Source: Octopus bimaculoides
Taxonomy: Eukaryota
Direction of reading: 5' to 3'
DNA length: 64,000 bases
Assembly (NCBI RefSeq): GCF_001194135.2
Contig: NC_068982.1
Coordinates: 33,462,783-33,526,782 of the forward strand
Both the position numbers and the translations under genes were made by a program. How positions within the stretch are numbered: the first letter of the stretch is position 1; each line of letters begins with the position of its first letter. Of this stretch, positions 53,236-64,000 are shown in pieces. The notes under the pieces were generated by a model. It saw only the letters and a list, made by a program, of their open reading frames with translations, was not told the origin of the DNA and did not search any database.

Positions 53236-53469
53236 CAGGGTGGCCCAAAAGTAGGTTTACAGTTATCACGTAGGTACTTTAAATTTCTTTTGAAACATTT
53301 TATTACATTTAAATTTCTGTCTTACAAACTGAAAAGGGGCCTTGACAAAATTAACTAAATTAGCATAGAATAATGGTTTCATATTTTTTTGATAATTAAG
53401 ATCTAAACTGTTAATATAGGAATGCAAGAGATAGTTGAATAACTGTAAACCTACTTTTGGGCCACCCTG
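53236..53469. mobile_element. 234-bp Tc1/mariner-type MITE with perfect 31-bp TIRs
   Basis: cagggtggcccaaaagtaggtttacagttat (53236-53266) is the exact reverse complement of 53439-53469; CAGGGTG-type terminus. Confidence 0.88.
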
Positions 53470-53478
53470 TGTGAGTGT

Positions 53479-53520
<42 letters not shown>

Positions 53521-53564
53521 TGTGTTTGTGTGTATAAATACATATATATATATGTCCATACTCA

Positions 53565-53600
<36 letters not shown>

Positions 53601-53874
53601 CTCTCTCACTCTCTATCAAACATACATATAAAACCAAAAGACAAACGCTAACAACTAAATGTAAAATGACAGAAAGACAGAATCTATTATCATCATCTTT
53701 AATATTGATATCAATACCCTTGAGGAAATGTGGATATATAGGACTTTTAACCTCTTCCTCATATATTGGTGCTAAACTTAATTGAAAGTGTCTTAAATCT
53801 GTTCTTATTGTTTTATGATTTCCAGTCGCTCACTGCCATACTAATACAAATCTGATGGGTCTGTAAATTTCTAC

Positions 53875-54029
53875 ATAGGCACAAGTGTAGTTGTGTGGTA
53901 AGAAGTTTGCTTCACAACTACATGGTTCCAGGTTCATTCTAACTGCATGACAACTTGACTAAATGTCTTCTAACCAAAGCTTTGGGAGTGCATTAGGAAG
54001 ATGGAGACTGAAAGAAGCCTGTCCTCTCT

Positions 54030-54065
<36 letters not shown>

Positions 54066-56340
54066 ACGAGCGCACATATGCATGCATGTCCCTCACCACC
54101 ACTTGAAAACCAGTGTTGGTTTGTTTTTGTTCCCATAACAGCACTTCAGCAAAATTGACCTATAGGCTTATAAAAATAAACTGAGGGGGATTCATTTGGC
54201 TAAAGCCCCAGCATGCTTGTAATCTAAATCTAATGACTGAAACAAATAAAAGATTAAAAGATTAAAAGATTCAATATGAACCATTGGCATATGTTTCTAT
54301 AACAGGAACATGTATTCTATGTTGCAGCTAATTAAACTAAACTTCATCAAATTACATCACACTTTACAACACATAGTTCCTCTCGACTTTTCAGCCATTA
54401 CGTTATATCATAACCAAACAATGTAGAATTAAAAATAATACTTTCGTTTTCCATCGCAATAAAGAAAATTGTAAGACATCAAACTGTTGGATTTAATCTT
54501 CCTTCCAGCCACCTGTCAATCACCATCTACAGAAAGAGGGACTATCATATTTGGTCTAAGGTCTGAAACTATTGTCAAATCAGAGGTATATTCTTTTATT
54601 CTTTTACTTGTTTCAGTCATTTGACTGCAGCCATGCTGGAGCACCGGCTTCAAGGGTTTTATCCCAACAAATCAACCCCAGGACTCATTTTTTAAGCGAA
54701 GTACTTATTTTATCAGTCTCTTTCACTGAACCACTAGGTTACAGGTATGTAAACACACCAACACCAGTTGTCAAGCAGTGATGAGGGGACAAAGACAGAC
54801 CCAAAGACACACACTCTCTCATACACACACACACACATGATGGGCTTCTTTCAGTTTCCGTCTATCAAATTCATACACAAAGCTTTTGCCGGCCTGAGGC
54901 TATATTAAAAGACACCTACCCAAAGTGTCACACAGTGGGACTGAACCTGGAACCATGTGGTTGGGAAGCAAGCTTCTTACCACACAACCATGCCTGCACC
55001 TATATGTCTGAGTTAATATCTCGCTTCAGTCATTAGACTGTGGCCATGCAGAGGCACTGCCCTGAAGAGTTTTAGTTGAATGAATTGATCCAGTACTTAG
55101 TTTGGGAAGCTTGGGGCATGTTCTCTCAGTCTCTTTTACTGAACCACGAAGTTACAGGGACATAAACCAGCATTTGTTGTCAAGCTGTGGTGGCACAGAA
55201 AGGCACACCCCACCACACACACACATAGCTACATACACATACACACACATATCTACATACATACATACATACACACACACACATGCACACACACACACCT
55301 ACATACACACATACGACAGAATTCTTTCAGTTTCCGGCTATCAAATCCACAAACAAAGATTTTGCTGGCCTGAGGCTATAGTAGAAGACACTTGCCCAAG
55401 GTGCCACAGAGCAAGACTGAACCTGAAGCCATATGATTAAAAAGCAAGATTCTTATCACACAGCCACACCTAAAAGCATTCATTTACCTGAATGGTAGCA
55501 CCTTCATTATAGTCTCTGAAGAGACAATATAATGTTATGTTATGGTTAGGCTGCTTCTAGCATTGATGTTATAATTAATGTTAATAGATGCTGTTAATGT
55601 TATAAGTAATCCTGATGTTACAGTTAATTGCTTCCATTAAGGTTAAAGAGAAATTAGTGAAATGAATGAATCTCAGAGTAAAATTTCAATTTAAAATCAA
55701 TTACATCTAACAAAGAATCCAATCAAATATTGACAAACTATTGACCATAAATCTACTTAGCATAGAACTTAAAAGAATATCATCAACATAGATCTATTTA
55801 AGCATAGAATGAAGGAAACCTGCTACCAGTAACTAAGTAATGCAGTACAATCTACTCATGGTTGGGTGGTCAACAACCATATTGCCCCACCACTCCATGT
55901 CCTGTAGGCTTACCCAGTGAAGGTGTGTGGGCACCCAGCAGAATTAAAAATCAAAACTTGTCAAAAGTGGACAAGGTCTTTGAGAACTAATGGCACCCGT
56001 AACTAGCTGTATGGTAAGAAGTTGCTTCACAACCACATGGTTCGAGGTTCAGTCTCACTGCATAGCACCTTGGGCAAGTGTCTTCTACTGTAGCCTTAGG
56101 CCAACCAAAGCCTTGTGAGTGGATTTGGTAGATGGAAACTGAAAGAAACCCCATTGTATGTATATCTATATATGTATATCTATCTGTGTGCGTGTGTGCG
56201 TGCGCGCACGTGTGTTTATGTCCTCTTAACTTAGCAATTCGGCAAAATGAGATTGATAGAATAAGTACCAGGCTTAACAAAAGAATAAGTACTGGGTTGA
56301 TTCATTCAATTAAAAAAAATCCTTCAAGGCACCGGTGCCA
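53875..56340. mobile_element. SINE A copies: plus 53875-54255, minus 54595-55000, minus 55020-55475, plus 56000-56340
   Basis: Head and tail motifs as in 5144-5608. Confidence 0.85.
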
Positions 56341-57414
56341 AATGTATATATCAACTCAAAGGTGGTGATCTTTTCCTCAGACAATGTTAGTGATATGGAG
56401 AGAAGAGTCATGCATTCATGAGCAACAACTTGTTTTCCGCACAAAAAGACCTCGCCTTAGTCAGCACATACATGTGCAGACACACAGTTAACCCTAATAG
56501 ATGAAAGCTGTCAAAGTAGAATTACATTCAAACAAAATACTTTGAAAGGTCTTTAAAATTTAGTCAGAAACCATTTTTTTACCCACACTTAGTGGTTCAC
56601 AAGATTGTAAATACTGCATTGATATCTTTCATAGATTACAAGGTGTTGGATTTATAGAACAAGAGAAATGAAACTGAGATAAATATGACTTTCTCTAGAA
56701 CGCTATAACACTGGCTACTGAAATGAAGAGATGAAGTTCTGGAAATTAAACTGAAGTCATAAAGGCAACTTGGTGGTGAAAAATAAGGGACAGTGCACCA
56801 AAAGAGACTTATTTCAATAATTATTTTTCATCTAACCATATTCTTTTTGGTTTCAGTCAATCGACTGCAGCCATACTAAAGCACTGCCTTCAAGAGATTT
56901 TAGTCGATACTATTGACTATCAATACTTATTTCAGTTAGTCTGGTAATTATTTCATTGATCTGTATTTATCAAATGATTAAGTTGCACTTTGACATACAC
57001 TGGTGAACATTAACAAACCAAACGCACACGCACACACACACACTTCTACACAACTTCCATCTACCATATTCAACTCATAAGGCATTACTAACGAGTCTGA
57101 AGTTACAGTAGAACATATTTGCCAGCTTGGTATTCAGCAAAAATCAAACCCAAAGCTCTGTGGTTATAGACTTTCTTAACTATACAGTTATACCTATGCT
57201 TATTCCATCCTTATATCCCATTATTTGTCCAGTCATTGGCTTGGGGCTATACTGGAGCACCATCTTCAAGTGTCTTAGACAATTATGTATAAACCCCAGT
57301 GCTTATTTCAATCTGGTACTTATTTTATCAGTTTATATATTTTTTTTTTTTGGAATAATTAAGATACTTTTTCAAAATGAAACAAATTTTAACCAATTGT
57401 GTTATGTCAAACAA

Positions 57415-57635
57415 TATGAGGGGATGTTGAAAAGTTGCTGGCTTTGAGTAAAAGAAAATACAGGAGGGACAGTTAATAATGATTTTATTCAATATATTCC
57501 TCTTTCAGATTGATGTACTTATTGCAGTGGTCCTTCGGTTTTTCTAAGCCTTGTAAAAGGGCTCAGTAAGTTGGACTTCCAACCAAGTCTTTCACAATGC
57601 CCTTAAAGCCAGGAACTTTTCAGCACCCCCTCATA
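57415..57635 (-). mobile_element. Mariner-derived MITE
   Basis: tatgaggggatgttgaaaagttgctggcttt...aaagccaggaacttttcagcaccccctcata inverted termini with TA. Confidence 0.8.
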
Positions 57636-59044
57636 CATGAATACAACATGAACACAGGAACAAACATGCTTGCTCACATGACAGGTTCCTCTACAGTCGC
57701 AGTTTCCCAAGTTGTTAATAAACCAAGATACTTGCCCAGGGTACGAACTAGTAGGATAAACCCAGAACCAAGTTGATTCAAAGCAAACTTCTTAATCACC
57801 TGACCACACCTACATTTATTCCGTATATATGCAAAGAAAGGATATAATTTTATTATCATTAGGCATCTAGAATGTTATCAAACACATAGCTGGGCAATGA
57901 ATTTAGCAGTACATCAACCTTTACATCCTACAGAGGATAAAAGGTGGCAAGACAAAAACATTCTTAGAGAGACTCCAGATATAGATGCAGATTACCTGAA
58001 CAGTTTATTCCAAAAGTCTTTCAGCCAGAAAATACAAACAACTTTCAGAAATTCCTGGCCTGGCAGTGATGCTAGAGTTATTGCTTGCTCGAGAAAAAAC
58101 ATGAATGTGCTGTTCGTTAAGCCCATCTCTAATGCACACAGAACAGGAAAGCTATTGTGCCTCACCTCTTCAGTATCTGTGCACTGTGGATTTGTGGAAT
58201 TATGTCATGCAATTGTAACATAGAGAACAGAATTAACAATCAACCAAGTCCATCATAAGGATTGCTTTTTTGCCATTCTTTGGCCAAGATGCATACTGGC
58301 ACTCAGTTATGATAATGAGGGTTCCAGCTGATCCGATCTATGGTACAGCCTGAGTGTGGAATTAACGGGCATTGCACAGACATGTGTACTCTTAATGTAG
58401 TTCCCAGAGATATCCAGCATGACACAGAATGTGACAGAGCTTGTCCTTTGAAATACAGGTACAACTCATTTTTGCCATCTGAATGGACTGGAGTGATGTG
58501 AAATAAAGTGTCATGCTTAAGGACACAAAACGCTGCCAGGTATCAAACTCATGACCTCATGATCTTGAGTTGAATACTCTAACCACTTGGCCACATGTTC
58601 TCTGTGTGGTGATTATGGCAAAAGTGATTGCATAGTGGATAAGACTGAAAGCAATAAAGTGAGGCATTCCCTCAGCATCTTCAAATTCCACTCGAAGATG
58701 AAGGTGGAGAAGGAAGCACTACTCTCTAAAGAATTTATAAAAGACGTTGAGTAAGAGTATTGAGAATGGCCTATATGTATGGGCCTACTCTCCTTATGTA
58801 CTTGTATGTCAGAGTACACAGTTAGGGGAATAATCCTAGATCTGTGGAGTACTTTGATTGGTCCAAGGTGAATTTCCTGCTACTGGTACATTTCCTTTCA
58901 TTACTCCATTCTAGTGGGGGGTTTTTTCCATTCTCGTTTTCTTGTCTTTGTTTTCCATAACTGATTCCACATAAAATTCCATTGTTTTTGTAATTTATCC
59001 CTGTAATGTGCATATCCCTCTCCCCTGTAGCACATAAAACAAAC

Positions 59045-59127
<83 letters not shown>

Positions 59128-59197
59128 CAGCATGGAAGGCGGACATTAAACAATGATGATGATGATATATATAAATAATGGTGCACACACACACATG

Positions 59198-59230
<33 letters not shown>

Positions 59231-59814
59231 ATATATACACACATGCATGTGTGTGTGTGTGTGCCTATGTATGTGGAGGGGAGACCAGCAACTTTTATAT
59301 TTTTAATTGTTCTTAGTGATACTGAAACAAAAACATCAATCTGAAATCTGTTCAGAGGTAAATTGTCAGGCAAAATATAATTTGCAGTTAAAATGTTTCC
59401 TTTTAAACATGTACTAAGTGCACTGATGCAGACGATAAAAATGTATTAATAAACAGAAATGTCTTAATTAGCTGTCACTTCTATTCTATGTTATTGTTTT
59501 ACTTTCAATAACAACATATTTATTAAACATTACAAGTAAGAGAATTGGTAATTTTCATTAAAGAATCACAGATAATTTAATACAAAATATAATTATTTTG
59601 GAAAGACACTTAAATATCAACCGGTCATAATTGAAGCTTGATAACTACATTACTAGCTTAACCTCAAAGGATGCTGAGAAGATAGAAAATAGAACCTAGC
59701 TAACTCTAAAATCAAATTACATTTTAACTGTGAACGTATAAGGTGAGCAAATTACATCAAAAATGATGGAGAAGATATTGAGATATGGACTCTTGAGATA
59801 TGGACTCTATAGTC

Positions 59815-60475
59815 TACCCATTCTGCATGTTAGTGAACATCACTGAGCCAAAGGCCATGTTCACGTGTGATAGAAGGCAGGAGGCTGAACTGGATGCTAG
59901 AATTGCAGGTGCCAACACAGTAATGTACCATCTTTGATCCAGAAGAGAAGTTGCTATAAAAAAAAAAAGCCAAACTTGCTATCTTCAATTTTTTTTTTTT
60001 TTTTTTTTTTTTGTGCCTCTCTTCATGAATGCTGGGTAATGACTGAAAGGCTGTGATTGTGCGAAGGGGTGCTGGAAAGTTCCTGACTTTAAGGGTTTTG
60101 CAAAAGGCTTGGTTGAAGACCCAACCGTCAAAGTTCTTTTACAGGGTTTAGAAAAACTGAAGGAATGCTGTAATAAGTATGTGAATCTGAGAGGGGGATA
60201 TGTAGAATAAAATCATAATTAACTTATCTTCCTGTATTTTCTTTTACCCAAAGCCAGGAACTTTTCAGTATCCCCTTGTAAATACAAGCAACCAAAATGG
60301 AGTTCCTCTAAAGGATCTCTCTAGAGTATGTTATTTGACAGGGTGTGTAGCTCCAGAACTATATACATGTGATTAGAATGTTAGTCATGCTTGAGAATCC
60401 AGCTGGAAAATCTAATGATGATTGCTTCTGATAGGACCCTATGGAGGAGGTGCCTATGGACTCCACCATAACAAC
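59815..60475 (+). mobile_element. RTE-like LINE fragments (59815-59990, 60295-60475) flanking a mariner MITE
   Basis: DRRQEAELDARIAGANTVMYHL..KAKLAIF; the 3' piece is homologous to the reverse complement of 14040-14345. Confidence 0.65.
60060..60280 (+). mobile_element. Mariner-derived MITE retaining the transposase C-terminus
   Basis: TIRs gcgaaggggtgctggaaagttcctgacttt and aaagccaggaacttttcagtatccccttgta; internal QGLEKLKECCNKYVNLRGGYVE* matches the mariner C-terminal motif. Confidence 0.82.
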
Positions 60476-61351
60476 CCACCCAGGAATACCAGGCAAAGAA
60501 ACTGGTTAGATGGATGGTAACTCTGAATATCAACTGATAGAAACTAGAGGGAGTGTTTGGTCCTCTTGACACAGGACAACCCCTCTGCTGTTGGTGGCAT
60601 AATATAATGCATCTACTCCACACTTTAAGATACACATAATACTCAAGATAACTGGTTTATTCAATTGTGTGTGCGAAATGGTACACAGTTTCCATGTGAC
60701 AAATTCACTCCCAAAGCATTGGTCTACCCAGGGCTATAATAGAAGACACTTGCTCAAGTGAATGTACAGTGGGACTGAACCTAAAACCACATACTTGCAA
60801 TGCAAACTTTTTAACCACACAGCTAAATGCTTGCACCTATATATAAAAACAATTGAACATTAAATTGTAACATCATTCAGTAAACAAGCTGAAGCTTCTA
60901 AGTCACTGTCAGTCTGTTCCTTGTAAAAGTGAATGAATGTATGTGTGTTTCTGTGTGTATAGTATTGCAATAAAATAACTGAAATGAAATTTCAGTACTG
61001 CAAACTATTTTTGGATTTATTAGTATTTGCAGAGCTTCCAAAAACCACTCTTGATGAAACATCATATATTTTTGAAGTATTCACATACTTCTCGAGTGAA
61101 AGGCGCTGCTGTGCAATTTCATAGAGGATTTGTTCTTTCTAAATAGAGCAAAACAATTATTTATTGCTGGGATGCCAAGAGAATGCATTATTAGGTGGAG
61201 ATTTGCTGAAACTGTTGTAGGTGAGTGAAACAGGAAAAAAAAAAAAAAAATCTTTCATAGTGAAATGAAATCACGTTGCAACTTCACGGTGGCAACATTA
61301 GGTAATTTAAGGATGGGCAATGAGGGGGTGAGAGAAAAGGTAACTCAGAGT

Positions 61352-61354
<3 letters not shown>

Positions 61355-61384
<30 letters not shown>

Positions 61385-61546
61385 AAGAAGAAGAAGAAGA
61401 AGAAGAAGAAGAAGAAGAAGAAGAAGAAGAAGAAGAAGAAGAAGAAGAAGAAGAAGAAGAAGAAGAAGAAGAAGAAGAAGAAGAAGAAGAAGAAGAAGAA
61501 GAAGAAGAAGAAGAAGAAGAAGAAGAAGAAGAAGCAGCAGCAGCAG
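61355..61546. repeat. (AAG)60 followed by (CAG)4
   Basis: Uninterrupted AAG from 61355 to 61534 (180 bp), then CAG repeats. Confidence 0.95.
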
Positions 61547-61799
61547 CATTATGGCTGCAGAAGACCAGAGGGAAAATTGGAATATTATCAAAACATGTTT
61601 GTCAAATTTGCTCCTCTTTAAAAAAATATATCATAACATGAAAAGTCTTTGTGTCCTCAAATTATTTATGATGACAGGCCATAGGTTATATTAAGACATC
61701 ACATATGAATGAATGAATGAAAATATATATATACATATATATACATATATATCAGTGGAGTAAATTATGAAAAAGAAATATTCCCTATGCTCCTTCATT

Positions 61800-63189
61800 T
61801 CAAGTACTGGGGTCAATAAAGTTGACTAACTACCACCACCACCACCACCCCACTTCAAAATTGCTATCCTTGTATCTAAATCAAAAACTAAGGAGTTAAG
61901 TTTGAAGAATTATTACAGTGTCAGGAAAAAAGCCTTATGTTATTTGTCCCAAGTCTTTACAGTCTGAGTTCAAATCCCACCAAAGTCAACTCTGATTTTC
62001 ATTTCTTTGAAATCAATAAAATAAAATACCAGTCAAGGACAGGAGAATGATTTCATCCAACCCTCCTCTCCCCTCGAAACTGCTGGCAATGCACCAAAAT
62101 TGGAAATTACTTGTTGTTACAATTATTATTCAGAAGACAACCTGGCAGAATCATTAGCACATCAGATAAAATGCTTTGTAGCTTTTCTTCTGGATCTTTA
62201 TATTCTGATTTCAAATTCTGCTGGAGTTGACTCTGCCTTTCAAAGTTGATTAAATAAAAATCAGTCGAGCACTGGAGTCACTGTGACTGACTAAGTGCCT
62301 CCCAATAAAAATTCTGGCCTTGAGCCTGTAGCAAAAAGGATCATCATCATCACCATCATCATCATTATGGAAGCAAGCTGGCAGAAATGTCAGCACACCA
62401 GGGAAAATACTAAGCGACATTTTCTCCATCTTTACACTCTGAGTTCAAATTCCACCAAGGTGGACTTTGCTTTTCATTCTTTCTGAATCAATTATATAGG
62501 TAGGTACCAGTTGAGCACAGGGGTTGATGTAATCAAGCAATACCCTCCGTGAAAACTTCAAGTCTTGTGCCTATGACAGAAAGGATTTTTGCCTTTCATT
62601 CTTTCGATCCGATAAAATAAGAAGCAGGCGAGTATTGGAGTCAACTTAACATCTCCCCTGAAATTGCTGACCTTGTACCAAAATTTGAAATTATTATTAC
62701 TGTAATTATTATTATTATTATCATCATTATTGTCATTATTTGTACAACAAACTGTTGGATCCATGAACATGCTAGACAAAATGCTTAGCGACATTTCTTC
62801 CAGCTCTTTACATTCTGAGTTCAAATGCCACCAAGGTCAACTTGCCTTTCATCCTTTTCAGAGTTGATAAAATAAGCACCAGTTTGGCACTAGGGCCAAT
62901 GTAATCAATTCGCACCCCACCCCCACAAAAAAACTACTGGCCTTACATCATTATTATTATAATCGTTGTTATTGTTAAGTTGGCAAGCTGGCAGAATTGT
63001 TAGCATGTCAGGCAAAGTGCTGAGTGGCATTTTGTCCGTCCTTATGTTCTGAATTCAAATTCTGCCGAAGTCCACTTTGTGTTACATCCTTTCGAAGTCG
63101 ATAAAATAAGAACCAGTTGAACACTAGGGTCAATAAAATCAACTTAGCCCCTCCCCCAAACCTGCTGGCCTTGTGCCAAAATTTGAAAC

Positions 63190-63190
<1 letters not shown>
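61800..63190 (+). mobile_element. Tandem array of about 7 SINE B copies and fragments separated by (ATT)/(ATC) runs
   Basis: gctggcagaat..tagca..ctgagttcaaattc..ctttgcctttcatcc..gataaaataag recurs at about 61905, 62135, 62370, 62590, 62745 and 62980. Confidence 0.88.
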
Positions 63191-63242
<52 letters not shown>

Positions 63243-63243
<1 letters not shown>

Positions 63244-63803
63244 TGAGTGAGAGAGCAGTACATGCCATCAAAGTGACACTGGGGTAAAATACATGAAACC
63301 CAGTATAGCCATCAGGACTACCTGTCTGATAAGGGTACACCAGGCGCATGCATCACAACCATATGTGCGCAACATCTTTGATCTCATATCAAGATAAACA
63401 GCACAAGACCTTGCAGGTGGGGCCTAGTTAAAATTTTCTTTGAGTTGAGTATCCCATCTTGCTCAAAAGATCTTTGAATAAGGATTGTTTAAGGATGTTG
63501 AACAAAACACCCATGTTTCCAGAGGTGAATTATTCAAACCCCAAAGAATTCTTTTCAACACACGGCTATGATACTCCCCCACTACTTCTGCTCGTGATCA
63601 GAGATGCACATATTGTCAGCCACCAAGGGACATGCTCAACTGGTTAAGGTCAAACAATTGACAAGCAAATCTGCAGTATTGAGCCAAATATTTGCTGTAG
63701 CCCATCTTTTATACCACAACAAAACAATGTACATGATAACACTTCCAATCAGTTAAGATCAGAAGCCGTGAGAGCCACTGTTTGGTACTGCATCAGGGCA
63801 TTT
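63243..63803 (-). mobile_element. Unclassified 560-bp interspersed repeat (probable retroelement 3' region with an (AAT)n tail)
   Basis: GC/CpG-richer block bounded by (ATT)n on both sides; recalled as an Octopus repeat, but single copy here. Confidence 0.4.
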
Positions 63804-63809
63804 ATTATT

Positions 63810-63845
<36 letters not shown>

Positions 63846-64000
63846 CATGCAGCTCATCTTGTAACAACTGTGAATACTACTTCTGACTAAGCAAATGTAC
63901 ACACACACACACACACACACACACCATTGCTTATCTGTCACTCTTTCTCTTTCCATTCATTTTCCTCTTCTTTAGTTTTATTAATGTTGCTTTTGGATCT

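Noticed and set aside
57897-58223. 108-aa ORF, and a possible 68-nt minus-strand intron
   Set aside because: No recognisable domain; splicing does not give a continuous open frame.
61033-61220. Plus-strand exon with a GTGAGT donor
   Set aside because: Stops in all three frames; could only be non-coding, and there is no support.
61265-61621. Poly-Lys and poly-Leu ORFs
   Set aside because: Produced by the (AAG)60 tract; no splice signals or coding context.

Overview
AT-rich eukaryotic genomic DNA, dense in microsatellites, with many N gaps. The repeat families match what I recall from Octopus (cephalopod) draft assemblies; this is recall, not a database search. The window is mostly intronic or intergenic and has no intact full-length gene, rRNA, true tRNA or CRISPR array; most entries in the ORF track are translated microsatellites or gaps. 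It contains dozens of tRNA-derived SINE copies from about 3 families, decayed RTE and CR1-like LINE pieces, mariner, Tc1-like and TTAA (piggyBac-type) MITEs, and several inverted repeats. One good internal exon candidate lies on the minus strand (24743-24819), with weaker plus-strand candidates (43179-43321, 13325-13408). The most interesting signal is a complete minimal type-I hammerhead ribozyme fold on the minus strand (46155-46201). It overlaps a decayed plus-strand copy head-to-head, sharing stem I. A separate cluster of degenerate hammerhead-core motifs lies at 21188-21723. Repeat boundaries are approximate (about +/-20 bp) unless exact ends are given in the evidence.
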